This document shows, piece by piece, positions 19,364 to 32,351 of a DNA stretch of 64,000 nucleotides. Each line of letters opens with the position of its first letter. Position 1 is the stretch's first letter. Source of the stretch: a virus; the IMG/VR virus record IMGVR_UViG_3300020048_000070, positions 1-64,000 of that record. One strand, 5' to 3'. The translations under genes and the position numbers were made by a program. The notes under the pieces were generated by a model. The model was not told where the DNA came from and searched no databases. It worked only from the letters and a program-made list of their open reading frames with translations.

Positions 19364-22300
19364 ATGGATATTAAAAGAATAGAATATATTTCATTATGCA
19401 GAGATATATGGGATAGTTTAATAAAAGAATTCAGAGCTAATAAAGATACTGGATTGTTTGCTGAAGAGCGCCATAATAAAGCATTTATCTATTATGCAAA
19501 ACGAGAAATTGTACTATGGAATATAGAAGAGTTCAAAAAGAAATATCCTAATATTAATGGTGGTAATACATTGATGGGGGATCTCAGTGAGTACTCCTAT
19601 TGTCCTGCTTGTATGGAGTGTAGACAGGTATGCTACAAATGTTTTCTATTACCTCTTTGGGATGACGATGAAGAAAGTAAATACAAAATGATATACTGCG
19701 AGAAGAAAGATCATAGTCCATATGCTAAAGCAAGGATGTTGCTAACTATTACGGATATGAGACAAGAGCATTGGGATGCTGTTATACTGGAGTGTCAAAA
19801 GATAGTAGACTATTGCGAAATGCTTTTAAATAAAGAAAATGGTTGATTTTAGATAAGTAATAGTGTTTACTGTTCTTAATGGTTCTGTAGGTGAAAGTTA
19901 AAACATATTATAGGAGAGGATATGTGTTTAATAAAATGCCGTACATACTTAGGAGTTATTATTTACAAAGAGAAAGAAAAGGTTCCTGGATCAGACTTGA
20001 GAGAATTGAAAGATGGTAGATTGATTGAATGCGCTCCTATATACGATACATGGTATAAATACACTGGTGGAATTAGATGTTATACTTTGCAGGAATGCAA
20101 AGAGAGTATTGATTCTATATTCCGGCAAACAAAGGATATGTACAGTACAGAGAAAGAGCATAGAGAGGCATTCGTTAAACTAATGAATGAAGAGTAGGAG
20201 AGGTAGAGAGAAATGGGAACTAACTATTATTTACATAAAGAGAAATGCCCTTGTTGTGGATTGAAGAGTGAACCTTTGCACATAGGCAAGAGTAGTGCTG
20301 GGTGGGTGTTCATGCTCCATGTTACAGAAGCGATTAAAGGATTGAGAGATTGGATGGTACTGTTTGAATCCCCTGGTTATACTATTGTAGATGAGTATGG
20401 ACAAGATATTAGTATGACTGAGATGGTTAGTACTATTGTTTGTAGGAGTTGGCCTGATAAGATAGTATTAAGAGAGAGTGAAAAAGAGAAGATTGAGATA
20501 GGACCAAGTAATCTGTTGAGAAATAGGGTAGATGCTGATTTCTGTATTGGTCATGGAGAGGGGACATGGGATCTTATTCCAAGGGAGTTTAGCTGATATG
20601 GATGATATAAAAATGATGTTTGGAGAGAATGCACGGCATATTCCTATGTGGATGAAGACACAGAATATCTCTGACGGAGGTATAATGTTTGTTGGTGCAT
20701 CTAGGTATCCGCAGCCTTACCCTACTACTCATAGTCATACCTTAATTATAGGAGAGATAATCATTAGGCCACATTTAGTAATAGGGAGTAGCCATTGTAT
20801 TGGGCATGGATTGAATGGTCTTGCCACAGAAATGGATACTGTTGCCTGGGCTACTGGGGAGGTGTTGTGTAATCCAATGGGAATGAGATTGGATAAGAAT
20901 GGTAAATTAGTTAAATTATAGGATAATACATGGATATACGGGACTTAAAAAAGAATTTAACTGCTATAGATACAGCTATAGCGGAAGCTCAAGATACCTA
21001 CGATGCTTTAGTTCAAAAGTTATCCAATAAGTATAATATTCGTCTTGCTACTGGGCATATGTCCGATACATGGCAAATGTTTGATAAAAAGAAAGGCTGT
21101 TTTATGTCCCTATGGGATTATGGGGATACTGGGCAAAGAATACCAAAGATATTGCAAGAACTTGGTGAACTGGATAAATTAGTACAAGATTACAGGATAG
21201 GAGCTACAAACGGCGAAAGAATTGATCCAGATTATAGGAGGGATAAGATATGATGTGGGTATTAATGACATTTACATGGCATGCAGTAGGAGCCGGTAAC
21301 TCGTATTCAAGAAATACAATACGATGGGCTGCTGCCAACCTTTCAGAAGCGGAGTGGATAGTAGTACGTAATATCTGGCTTGGTATTGGTGGTAAAGATG
21401 ATGAAGCATAATATACAGCATTATATCTCTGTTAAGTACAATGTAGGAGGAGAATTGGAAACAAAGATAGTAAAATTCTATCTTATTCTCCCTGCAAAAA
21501 CAGAACAGTCAGTAATCTATAATGCTGTACTACAGAGTATAGATGCGATGTTTGGGTATACAGCATGCGTATACTCCTATTCAATTATCAATTCTGTAGA
21601 TATATTTGAATTCAATGAAGATGATATTAAATCTTTGAGAGGGTGAAATGGCGACTTGGCATCAGAGACAAAATAAAGCTAAACTAGACGCTAAAGATGT
21701 ATGGACTGTAGTTATTGATCCTCCTAATGGGTGTACCTGCCTAATGAGATTCGACGATGCTGAGAGTGCAAAAGAATATATGAAAAAGGTAGAGCACACA
21801 TATTTATTGCCACCAAGTAAGATTTAATTTTGGTGTAAATTACAGTAAATAATGCTTGCGCTTCGATAAGTGGTATGGTAAGTTATGTATATATTAATTG
21901 AGAAGAAAACAAACAACCACTTTAGGAGGAATAACATGAACTTCCCGATACGCCTCAAAACTACTACTATGGCTTTTTATGGTGGTAATCCTTGTAAGCC
22001 CTACAAATGGGTACTGGAACAAGAAGAAGGAGAAAGGATACCAACACTGGTATGTTATCAGCCTTTCGATGGTAATGGTAATGCGCCTCGTACTTGGGGC
22101 AAAGTTGGTTCCTGGTACCTGTCTACTCTTGCTTTATATCCTCACACAAATAGTCTTTACCTTGATATGGGACGAGATTGGCGTGTCATAGGTATGCGAG
22201 CCGTAATACGAGAAGCCTTGAATACTATCAGTCCAGTGGATACCAAGAGCATTAAACTTAACCTTGGACATACAAAGATGAGCGTCTTTGATGTTGAGGA

Positions 22301-25300
22301 TTCTGCTATGTGTCATATAGCAGCAGATCACAATTACTATGAATTCAAATATTCAGCAGAGACTGTTCTTTCCCTGATAGACAAAATCAAAGAGCTCGAA
22401 GCATTGCGGTTGAAATGCGTAAAGGAGCATGAAGAATAACTGTTACTGCTAATGCACCGTTCTCTACTGGCACTATACACCTCCAGTACCCTTGGCCGCT
22501 GCTCCAAGGAAATTAGCAGAAGCAGCAATTTAACTTAAAAGGAGTGTGAAGAATGAGAAAAATAGATAAATTAAAAAAGGAAGCCATAGAGTGTGCTAAA
22601 TTCAGAGGGCATAGTATGACTAGGTTTACGAGAATGCATCATAAAACTAAAACATCCGTAAGCCGTTGCAAAAAATGCTCGATGACTGTGTACGTTCAAG
22701 ATTACTGCTTACCTAATGAAATAGATATATCTGGTCAAGCTATTGCACTAACCTGTTCTGGAGAAAGCAAATGAAATATAAATTAGATAAAGCCTACGAC
22801 CAAAGAGGCTCAAGTATGGGAAGAAGTAGCTTTATTACAGAGCCTATGCTTGATGCTAAATTTCACTTGGAGTTAGTACCACTGAATAGTGGTGGGTATG
22901 ACTCAGGTGGAGCCTACTGGGGCACTGGTATGCCTCTTTATGTTTCGTATGCTATGGGCACAGAAGAAGAGCAGAGAGTGTTCATTCGTTCTTGGACAAG
23001 GAGTGGAGCTAAATCTAAGGTGTATCAATACTTCAGAAATGCGAGGTTCTATAAATGAAATGGTACGTACAGTTTTTTTCTCATAAGATGGATGGTTCAT
23101 TAGGGGAAGCATGCGGAAGTGATAGTGTGTTTATCCTTGATGGAAGAAACAAGCTGCAAGTAATGATACAAGATGCCAAGAAGCGGATAGAATTTCTGCG
23201 TAATGTTGCCCGCTTTGAATACTTCGAGATCAGAAGGTGTTATAGAATATCAGATCAGAGTCAAACAGTGCTATATAGTAATTTCTTTCATGATAAAGAT
23301 GGTAAACTTTTTAGGAGGTTCTAATGACTAAACGATTAATGCAACTCGCTATTAAAAATGCTATAGATGCATTCAATGAAACAATGGATACCCATATGCG
23401 TATCGAAAAACCCGATAATAATGCAGAGTGGTATACATTGTATGTCAGTAACGTAAGGATAACTTCTGGTACAGAAGAGCACATCCTCAAGCGTATCAAA
23501 GGAATCAATAGAGAGAACGGCGTATGAAAGTAGGACTACTTAAAAAGGATAGACAAGAACGCTATAACTCTAAACGAGCGTGGTTTGTTAATGCTTGGAG
23601 AATAGTTGATGTTAATGGTAAAGATATGGTGCAGCCATGGTCTAACACTATGACTGAAGCTAAAGAGACTGCAAAAGCTCTTGATATACGATTAGTTAAT
23701 TTACATGAGTTCACTCGTAAGAAAAAACCATGGGCTTTGAATCCTTATAAGCCCAAGAAGATAGAATCATGTATTGGCAAACCACGATTATCGGGTATGG
23801 ATGACCCAGAAAACTAAGGAGTAAAATTATGTCTATGCTTATAGAAGACGGAGCTACCGAGGAAGAAATTCGTAAATACAATTCTAGGTATGAAGGGTCA
23901 GATTACAAAAGCAGACAAGCAAAACTAAAGATGGTGAAAGAACTGGCAAATAAAGAGCATAAAGTTAAACCTCTTGTAAAAGATAAGAAGCCTGTTAATA
24001 GGCTGAGTAAACTACATTACTTTCATCTTATGACTTTCTTATCTAAGCTTGAATTGAAAGAGGGAAGACTATTATCTAGTTGGCAAAAAGTAGCTGTGCT
24101 TGCCTCTAAAGAACTTGGTATGGAATTTAATCTTGGGCATGTGCGGGAAGCTTGCGAGAGCCTGGGAATAAAGCCTCAAATAGTGTATACCCACAAAAAA
24201 GATACTATCATTGACGCACAAAAAGAGTTGCAGAAGTGCTTGAATAATAATGCAGCAAGATTGTCAAAGATAGAACAGTTCTTGGAGCATTCCTGGGGTA
24301 CAGACTTTACTTCCTTTATTGTGGAGTAATACTATGGGTATTGTAAACTATAACTATTGTATATGGTCGGATAGATACCCGAGGTTGCATAGGTACACAA
24401 TGTATCAGCGGATACAGCAATCCAATTATAACATAGGCCGAGTTTACCATATTGAATGTGGAGAAAAAACACACCCCGCTACTATACTCTATTACAGTAT
24501 GCATGCTCTACGAAATATGAACAATTAAAGGAGATAAATATGATAACCAAACCTAAGATTGATTTCAGTAATATCAAATATGAGATGTCCCGTAAATGGG
24601 ATAACATAGCCTCTGATATTTTTGCTGCACAAGGTATATCCGAAGATAGTGGTGGTACTATGAGGAAGAGTCATGTTATTGAAGTAGTATTAGATCAAAT
24701 GTATGGGATTACATTCGAAAATGTTCCTGCTGAAGAGATGGCGGCATGGAATGCCCTTTCGTCGGCTCAGAGAAAGAAAGTAGCAGCAGAAGAGTTCACT
24801 TATAAAAGCTACGGATATTAATATTTAAAATTACAGTAAATAATAGTTGCATTCCGATAAGTAGTATGGTTAAATTACCTTAACAGTTGAGGAAAAATAT
24901 AGTTTAACCATACTTTAGGAGGTCACTATGACCAAGGATGAAATTCTTAATACAATAATTCAAGATGGATTCATTCATACAGGTAGAATGACTGATGAAG
25001 AGGATTTAATAATTCATGAGTTAGTAAACGAAGGCACAATAGAATCTATCATAAATGCAGGACTCCAGTTTATGAATGGAGATTATTGTTTTGTCTTGAA
25101 AGGCAACCCATCCAACGTGTACATCAAAACTGAAGGATATTACACATTCGTATCTAAATAAGGAGATGATATGTACCCACTAACAAGAACTTCCCCATCA
25201 GATCTTTCTTGCCTATTCAAAGGAGCGAATAGAAAAACAATTATAAAACAATACGATGCTCTAGGTAGCGTAATGGCATTGCGTCAAATGCCAGAGAACC

Positions 25301-28300
25301 ATTGTCTGGCTGTGCGTAGTCATACAGAGTGGGTTATTTCTCAAGACCCAGCAGCTAATCGTAGTATTATGTACGTGATATTCGAGTTGTTATTTTACCA
25401 TGATTTAAAATGGGATGCCACTGGCAACAGACTGTTTGATGCCATTGATGAGATAGTTAAATGCGCCAGGAACAATATTGAACTAGATACTAATATACCA
25501 AGAGGTATTCTGACTTCAATATACAGGTGCCCCGGATGTAGCTGCGAGGACTTTTCTAAAGTTGGATTAATGCCTGGTGGAGCAAATTGCAAGTGCTCCG
25601 AATGCGGGACATTGTTTCATGTTTGTGCATATTAAGGAGAACATAATGGGGTATGATTGTAAAATAGATTACATGGGCAGTTGCGTAGGTAATAATGAAG
25701 ATTTCGTAAATGCTATTATGGATAAAGCAATTATGATTACATACCGTACATTTGTAAAACATGTACACAGATACCGAAAATGTACGGTGAAAGATCTGTT
25801 CCCAGTGTATGATTGGGGTAAACCTGGGCTTCACATCCAAGATGATTACGCTGTTTCATTTCACAGATCAATATGGAAAGGATGTTTTGTTTACATTATT
25901 AGGCATTCCTCAATAGAGTATTTCTTCAGGGAGAATAAATAATGCCAGCGGAATGGGAGCATTGGTGGATTAATGTCAATAGTAAGAAAAGATATTGTTC
26001 CAAATGTGGGGTAGAACAGGAAAGGCATAAAACCACAATGGGTAGGATAAATATATATTTTCCTACGCCATTGTGGGAGCCTAAATTACCAAAGAAATGC
26101 ACAGGAGTAAAAGATGAGTAATAAAGGTTTATGTATAGCTGTAATAGGGAAAAACGTTATGGATTCCAGAGTTGCCCGAATGCTAGAAGATATTAAAGAT
26201 GTAGATAAAGGTTCTGTGCTTATATTAGATTCTATGAGCGCAATTCCTCCGTATCCAGCAAGCTTGCGTGAGCTTAGAATTGAAAGACTAGGCGCAGATT
26301 TAGATTCCTATAGTATACCTATTAGATTTCCTGAAGAGGTAGTGCTTAAACGTGGTAAATCTTATCATGAGTTTGTTTCCCCAAGAATCAATAAAAGGAA
26401 AGGAGGTAAACATTAGTGTTTCTATTATCTTATAACAAGGCGTTACGTATTCAAAGAGCCCAGCTTGTTTGGTACAGACATAGGCTTGGATGGCGTGGAA
26501 CTAGGTTCATACGCCAAGATACAAAGCCCTGCCCTGCTGATATTCATCCAGATACTCCAGTAAACGTGGGTATTATTAATAAGCTTGTACCCCGTGGCGG
26601 GGATATTGAGTATGCTTGTGCGCTTCGTAGAGGGCGCATAGGTAAACAAGATCCTACTGCCGACGCATGGCATGAGGCTATAAAGAGAGGATTAGTATGA
26701 CAAATGGCAGACTTTCAAAGAAGGATATAATTGCAATCGAAAAGGCGGTTGAAAAATATAATCTAATTGCTATTGGATGTTTATCTCCTATTGGTAACCT
26801 TGGGGTAAAAACCTGTAATCTATGCTATATGTATTGGTATGAAAGAGATTGTAGAGGGTGCCCAGTATACAATCGTACTAAAATAATGGGATGTATCCTA
26901 ACCCCACATAAATGGATAGTTGACAATCAAATATCTATAGCGAAAAAATTAATAGGACATCCGAGGTTTGAACAAGGTATTACAGCAGTAGAAGATGAGA
27001 TTGAATTCTTAATCTCATTACTACCAAAATCGCATATATTGCGTAAGGAGTAGCGTATGGCCTCAAGGAAACTAAAAAGCAGAGCTTGGTACGTGTTATT
27101 TCCAAGGGACGCATATGCTCTTGGCCCATATAGATTCGTAGAGCCTGTATGTGAAAGGGAACTAAGAGTTTATGTACGAAAACACATGGGGTATCCAAGG
27201 CTCCCTAATGGCACACATTGTTGGAGGACAGATGATTAAAGATAACGTCTTATCAATAGTTAAGAAAATGTTTAAGGATCATAAGAAACTGAGAGTAATG
27301 TTCTTCAGTACAAATGAGCTAGGGATACAACACATAGTTGATATATCCGAAATATCAAGACCTACAAACAAAAGAGGCACTCTATCTACGTATGTTAAAA
27401 TCCTGATAATGGGTATGTGTACTCGTACTGATGTTGATTCATATTCCATTGAAGCCGTAGAAGAACAAGATTGATATGAACATACGGAATAATATATTAC
27501 AGTAAAAATATGTTGACAATACATTTTTAAAATGGTATATATAGCATATAAACAATGTATTTCAATATTAACAACCACTTAGGAGGTAACATTCATGCCA
27601 GGCTACTACTATGTTAACGATTACATTCTTGACCACTATTTCAAGGAAGATGTAGCCAACATTATCAGAATGGAAAACAAGATTGACCCAATAAAGTGTG
27701 CTGGAGTAGTCAAAGGACTTACTGTGCGGGAATGTGCAGAGAGCCTTGAATTGAAGAATTTTGATTATTCCCTGCCATTGTTCTGGACAGATGATGTACG
27801 CAAAAAGACAGGGCAGATTGCTTGTGGGCATTTCGTTTGGAGTTATGAAAATTCTAAAGGAATGGGGGAGCCAGTACCCATATCTGCAAAAGGCGTTACT
27901 ATTCTTGAAATGTACAATTACCTGCAAGGATTACCAGAAGAAAAGCTGGCTGAAAGAGAGGCGCAAGCTATTCTGTTAAAAGAGTATAAGAAAGCCTTTC
28001 GCACTATTAAGGCGATCATTTCAGACTGTGTGGAGTAATAATGGGTGCTGCAAAGTCAAGAGGAACATACGAGCATCGAAAGGCGCTTGCTATTGTTAAA
28101 AGAAAAGCTGAAATAGAGCTTAAAAAACAACAAGAGCAAGCTGCCTGGGATGCCATGTCAGAGCAGGAAAAAGAGGAATATTTACGAAAGAAAGAAAAAG
28201 CAAAGGATGCGTATGCCACTCTGCTTGCTATAGCAGAAATGACTGGCGTATATCCTTACATCATTTAAGGAGTAAACTAATGTCTGGTTACCAATTGCAA

Positions 28301-28630
28301 AAAGTAGGATTAAGTATTCCTGACTATTTTGGAGGGCATCACAAGCCTGTATTGCAGGTTCCAGTATGGAAAGATATGACAAAAACACAATTGACAGAGG
28401 CTATTGTATCAGAATACCATGAAACATGGGATCACTTGTGTTCATATCCAGGGAATGAGTTGAATTGGCCTGATTTAGAAGAGGATGAGCTAAAGGTCAT
28501 GTGTGACGAATTCATTCTTACGGATATACCATTCAACAATTCAAATATTGATACATTGCAAGAGTGTATTGATAATGAAGATAACGATTCTACGTACCTA
28601 TTCATGGTATGGGAAAAATCAGATGAGTAA
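19364..28630 (+). other. Dense cluster of small hypothetical phage early genes
   Basis: Many co-oriented, often overlapping ORFs of 60-190 aa with AGGAG RBS. They include the recurrent phage motifs MGTNYY...LHIGKSSAGW (20213) and GGYDSGGAYWG (22771). Confidence 0.7.
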
Positions 28631-28668
28631 ACAATTCTCATAAAAACCAACTAATATAAGGAGATCAG

Positions 28669-30714
28669 ATGGAATTTAAGACGTTTAAAGAAAAGATGCA
28701 GAAGCATATAGAAAATATGCTTAAAGGTCAAACTACATTGTTTACAGCAAACATTGATAAAGATGTGTTGTGGTCGCACTATCTTTCCAGTTTTCCGCCT
28801 GGTACCAATAATCTGTACCGGACGCGCCTGGAGTTTGACTGTGGGTGCTGCAAACAGTTCATTAGAGCGTTCGGTGACGTTGTAGCAATAAAAGGAACAA
28901 AGATCATTACTGTATGGGACTTCAATACCGATAGCCCAGTATTTCAGCCTGTTGTAGATGCCCTAGCTGCGTATGTGCGCTCTTCTGGTATTAACGGGGT
29001 ATTCGTAACTGATACCAATAAGTTTGGTACAGATGTATCACATGAAACCCTGGTAGATAAAACTGTGGTTACTTGGAATCATTTTTACGCTGTTATCCCA
29101 CCAAATTTCATAGATAAGTCAGGTAAGAGTATTGGCACTGTAATTGGGGATAAGAAAGCTACCAAAGAGGTGTTCATGCGGTCTTTGGAAGAAATTTCAA
29201 AAGATTCAATTGAAACAGTGCTGGATTTGATTGCACAAAATTCCTTGTATAAAGGCGAAGAGTGGGAACCCGTACTGCAACAGTTCTTGACTCTGCATAA
29301 AGAATACTCAAAATTGAAACCTGCGGTTAAAGATACATATTGCTGGCGTGTGTCAACTGAAAAAGGTGGCGCTCTTACCCGTATTCGTAATCATTCCATT
29401 GGTACCCTCTTGACCAACATCAGTGAAGGTATGGATTTTGAAACAGCGGTACGCAAGTATGAGAGCATTGTAGCGCCAAGTAATTACAAGAGGCCCAAAG
29501 CAGTATTTACCAAGAAAATGGTTGAAGATGCTCAAAAGGTAATTACTGAGCTTGGTATGGTAGATTCTTTATCAAGAAGGTTTGCAGAAATTGGGGATAT
29601 TACTGTTGCAAATACCTTGTTTGCAGACAGGAACTCTGTGAAACGCATGAAAGGTATTGGTGTATTCGATACCTTGCTAGATGCTTCTGTGAAGAAAAGT
29701 GCGAAAGAATTTGGCAAGGTGGAGCAGGTGACTGTAACTGATTTCATGGATAACATTCTTCCTACGTTAACTTCAATTGAAGTTATGGTAGAAGGGAAGC
29801 ACGAAGAGAACTTCATTTCCCTTATTGCCCCGAAAGTCCTGGATTGCCCTACTATGTTTAAATGGGGTAATAACTTCTCTTGGGCTTACAAAGGCAACCT
29901 GACAGACAGCATGAAGGAGAACGTAAAGGCTGCTGGCGGTAACGTTGGCGGAGTGCTACGGTTTTCCATTCAATGGAATGATGCGCATGGAGAAAACAGA
30001 AATGATTTTGATGCCCACTGCAAAGAACCTAAAGGAGATCATATTTACTTCGGCAACAAGCGCCATGTACATCCTTCTTCCGGTGTTCTTGATGTTGATA
30101 TTATTCATCCAGATAGCAGTCAAATAGCTGTAGAAAATATCAGTTATTCAGATATACGTATGATGCCAGTAGGAGATTATAAGTTCCTTGTAAATATATA
30201 CTCACACAGGGGATATAACACCGGGTTTTCTGCTGAAATAGAATTCAATGGCGAAATCTACAGTTTTGAATGCAGGAATCACGGAAGAGGGGAGATCAAC
30301 ATTCCTATTGCTACTGTGTCGTTAGATAAAAATGGAATTTTCAAAATTAAAGATTCCATAAAATCATCAGTATCCAGTAGAGACATTTGGGGAGTTACTA
30401 CAAATCAGTTTTACCCTGTTTCGATTCTTATGCTGTCACCCAACTACTGGGATGGTAAAGGTGTAGGGAATAAGCATTGGTTCTTTATGCTGGATGGTTG
30501 TAAAAACGATGCTAACCCCAGCGGGTTCTTCAATGAGTTTTTAACCGAAGAGCTTACCCCGCATAGGAAAGTATTAGAGGCCCTTTCTGGGCAAATGCGT
30601 GTAGAGGATTCTGATAGACAATTATCAGGGTTAGGATTCAGTTCAACAAAGAGGGCTTCGTTGATTGTCAAGGTTACCGGAAGTTTCTCTCGTATGCTGC
30701 AAATAATGTTTTAA
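28669..30714 (+). CDS. Conserved large phage protein with a C-terminal YfaP/DUF2135-like domain
   Basis: Motif LRFSIQWND...NDFDAHCKEP.G.HIYF...LDVD...AVENI and an N-terminal DCGCCKQFI; followed by the 127-aa ORF 30750..31133. Confidence 0.55.
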   Translation: MEFKTFKEKMQKHIENMLKGQTTLFTANIDKDVLWSHYLSSFPPGTNNLYRTRLEFDCGCCKQFIRAFGDVVAIKGTKIITVWDFNTDSPVFQPVVDALAAYVRSSGINGVFVTDTNKFGTDVSHETLVDKTVVTWNHFYAVIPPNFIDKSGKSIGTVIGDKKATKEVFMRSLEEISKDSIETVLDLIAQNSLYKGEEWEPVLQQFLTLHKEYSKLKPAVKDTYCWRVSTEKGGALTRIRNHSIGTLLTNISEGMDFETAVRKYESIVAPSNYKRPKAVFTKKMVEDAQKVITELGMVDSLSRRFAEIGDITVANTLFADRNSVKRMKGIGVFDTLLDASVKKSAKEFGKVEQVTVTDFMDNILPTLTSIEVMVEGKHEENFISLIAPKVLDCPTMFKWGNNFSWAYKGNLTDSMKENVKAAGGNVGGVLRFSIQWNDAHGENRNDFDAHCKEPKGDHIYFGNKRHVHPSSGVLDVDIIHPDSSQIAVENISYSDIRMMPVGDYKFLVNIYSHRGYNTGFSAEIEFNGEIYSFECRNHGRGEINIPIATVSLDKNGIFKIKDSIKSSVSSRDIWGVTTNQFYPVSILMLSPNYWDGKGVGNKHWFFMLDGCKNDANPSGFFNEFLTEELTPHRKVLEALSGQMRVEDSDRQLSGLGFSSTKRASLIVKVTGSFSRMLQIMF

Positions 30715-30749
30715 ATTAACTAAACACAAAACTACAAAGGAGATTTACC

Positions 30750-31133
30750 ATGGACGAGGTTTCATTGTTTGAAAAAGCTGTAAGAGCAAAGTTGCGCTTC
30801 ACTTATCGCGGAGTAATTACTACCGAAGACCTGTGGGATGTTCCTCTTACCGGGCTGGACGCAATTCATAAGGTTTTGAAAGTGGAGGCTAGAAAGCAGG
30901 ATGAAGAAAGCTTGTTGTCTACAAAAAGTAGCGAAGATACTTTGCTCAATCTCAAAATTGCTGTTGTTACGTATGTGTTCAATACTTTGGTAGACGAGCG
31001 TGATGCCAGAAAAAGTGCGGCGGATGCACACGCATACAAGAAAAAGATTGATGCTATCATTGCTAACAAACAAGATGCTGCTCTGTTGAACTTACCTATA
31101 GAAGAACTTCAGAAATTGCGAGAAGGACTGTAA
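30750..31133 (+). CDS. Conserved hypothetical phage protein (coiled-coil)
   Basis: Motif LFEKA.RAKLRF...G.ITTEDLWD.PL. Confidence 0.65.
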   Translation: MDEVSLFEKAVRAKLRFTYRGVITTEDLWDVPLTGLDAIHKVLKVEARKQDEESLLSTKSSEDTLLNLKIAVVTYVFNTLVDERDARKSAADAHAYKKKIDAIIANKQDAALLNLPIEELQKLREGL

Positions 31134-31223
31134 AAGGGTTATAAGTAGCTTACTGGAGACTAGAACAACAGTCTCCAGTGTGGTGCATGTAAACCGTTAA
31201 CATAAAACATAAGGAGTAAACTA

Positions 31224-31523
31224 ATGTCTGAAATTGCAACTACAATACTAAAACAGATGGGAGGAAGAAGTAGATTAGAAGCAATGGTTGGGGCAACAAA
31301 CTTCTTTTCTATCAAGGATGGTAATGGACTATCTTTTCGTTTCAAAGGCAGTAAAATAGCCAACTACGTAGAGATAGTTTTAAATTCGTTAGATACCTAT
31401 ACCGTACGTTTTGTAAAGATACGTGGAACAGACGTAAAAGAGATTAAAACTGCTCATACAGTATTTTATGATTCCCTAAAAGAGTTGTTCGAAAACACTA
31501 CAAAGCTATATTTGACCCTGTAG
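31224..31523 (+). CDS. Conserved hypothetical phage protein
   Basis: Motifs IA.TIL.QMGG..., DTY.V.F and L.ELFE..T.LY..L. Confidence 0.65.
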   Translation: MSEIATTILKQMGGRSRLEAMVGATNFFSIKDGNGLSFRFKGSKIANYVEIVLNSLDTYTVRFVKIRGTDVKEIKTAHTVFYDSLKELFENTTKLYLTL

Positions 31524-31884
31524 CAATTTTTTATTAAAAACGTGTTACCCTACGGGGCACCCCGAAAACACGCAACACGGGGCAAAATAACCCTTTTAAA
31601 AGGCAAAATAAAAAGGCATTAGCGGAATTATGGAAGTCACAAAACACGCAATAGATAGGTACTTGGAAAGAGAGGATAATGCAGCACGACTAGCTATTTT
31701 AGATATTATACACAATGGGGAGAAAGTATATCCTATAGATAAGCAAAAGTCTGCAATATTATTAATGAATAATGGGTATAACGATGCCGATTATTACTAC
31801 TATAAAGGATTAGTAGCTGTAGTTGTAAAAGATAGAATTGTAACAGTATTCAAAAGAGTTAAGAAGGCTTTCACTGATAAAATT

Positions 31885-31930
31885 ACAGTATAAAACTTAT
31901 TGACTTTTGATTTTTAAAATGGTATATATA
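31885..31930 (+). promoter_or_regulatory. Promoter with upstream ACAGTA box, likely driving the ArfA-like/TIGR-Tas operon
   Basis: ACAGTA at 31885, TTGACT at 31900, extended -10 TGGTATATA. A 23-bp stretch is identical to the promoter at 27513-27545. Confidence 0.6.
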
Positions 31931-31963
31931 GCGTATTGAAATTGAAAAATAAAGGAAACTGTC

Positions 31964-32074
31964 ATGAAGATTACAGTACGCATACCAGTATCAAAAATAG
32001 GAGTGATTACCCATAAACCCAAAAAGGGTAAAGGTAGTTACACGAGAAAAACAAAGCGTAAAGAGGCTGTATGA
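31964..32074 (+). CDS. ArfA-motif small basic peptide (36 aa)
   Basis: MKITVRIPVSKIGVITHKPKKGKGSYTRKTKRKEAV; KKGKGSYxRK is the ArfA signature. AAAGGA RBS; ATGA overlap with the next gene. Confidence 0.55.
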   Translation: MKITVRIPVSKIGVITHKPKKGKGSYTRKTKRKEAV

Positions 32075-32351
32075 TAAAAAAACAATATGTAGTATCCGTA
32101 TTATTTGCTGTTCCAGTTACCGTGGAACTTGAAGTAAATGGATTACTATTGAAAGAGTTTCTTATTCCATACAATATAACTATTGATATCTTGAGTAGAA
32201 GAAGTACTAAAAATACACAAGTGGATAAAGAAATTAAAGTAATTACACCATCGTTGGTAGATGCTAAAAAAGTACAATGTAAAATAGTAAATATTGTTAC
32301 AAGTCATCGGGGTGTATACGCATTATAATTTTGATATAAGGAGGATAAAAC

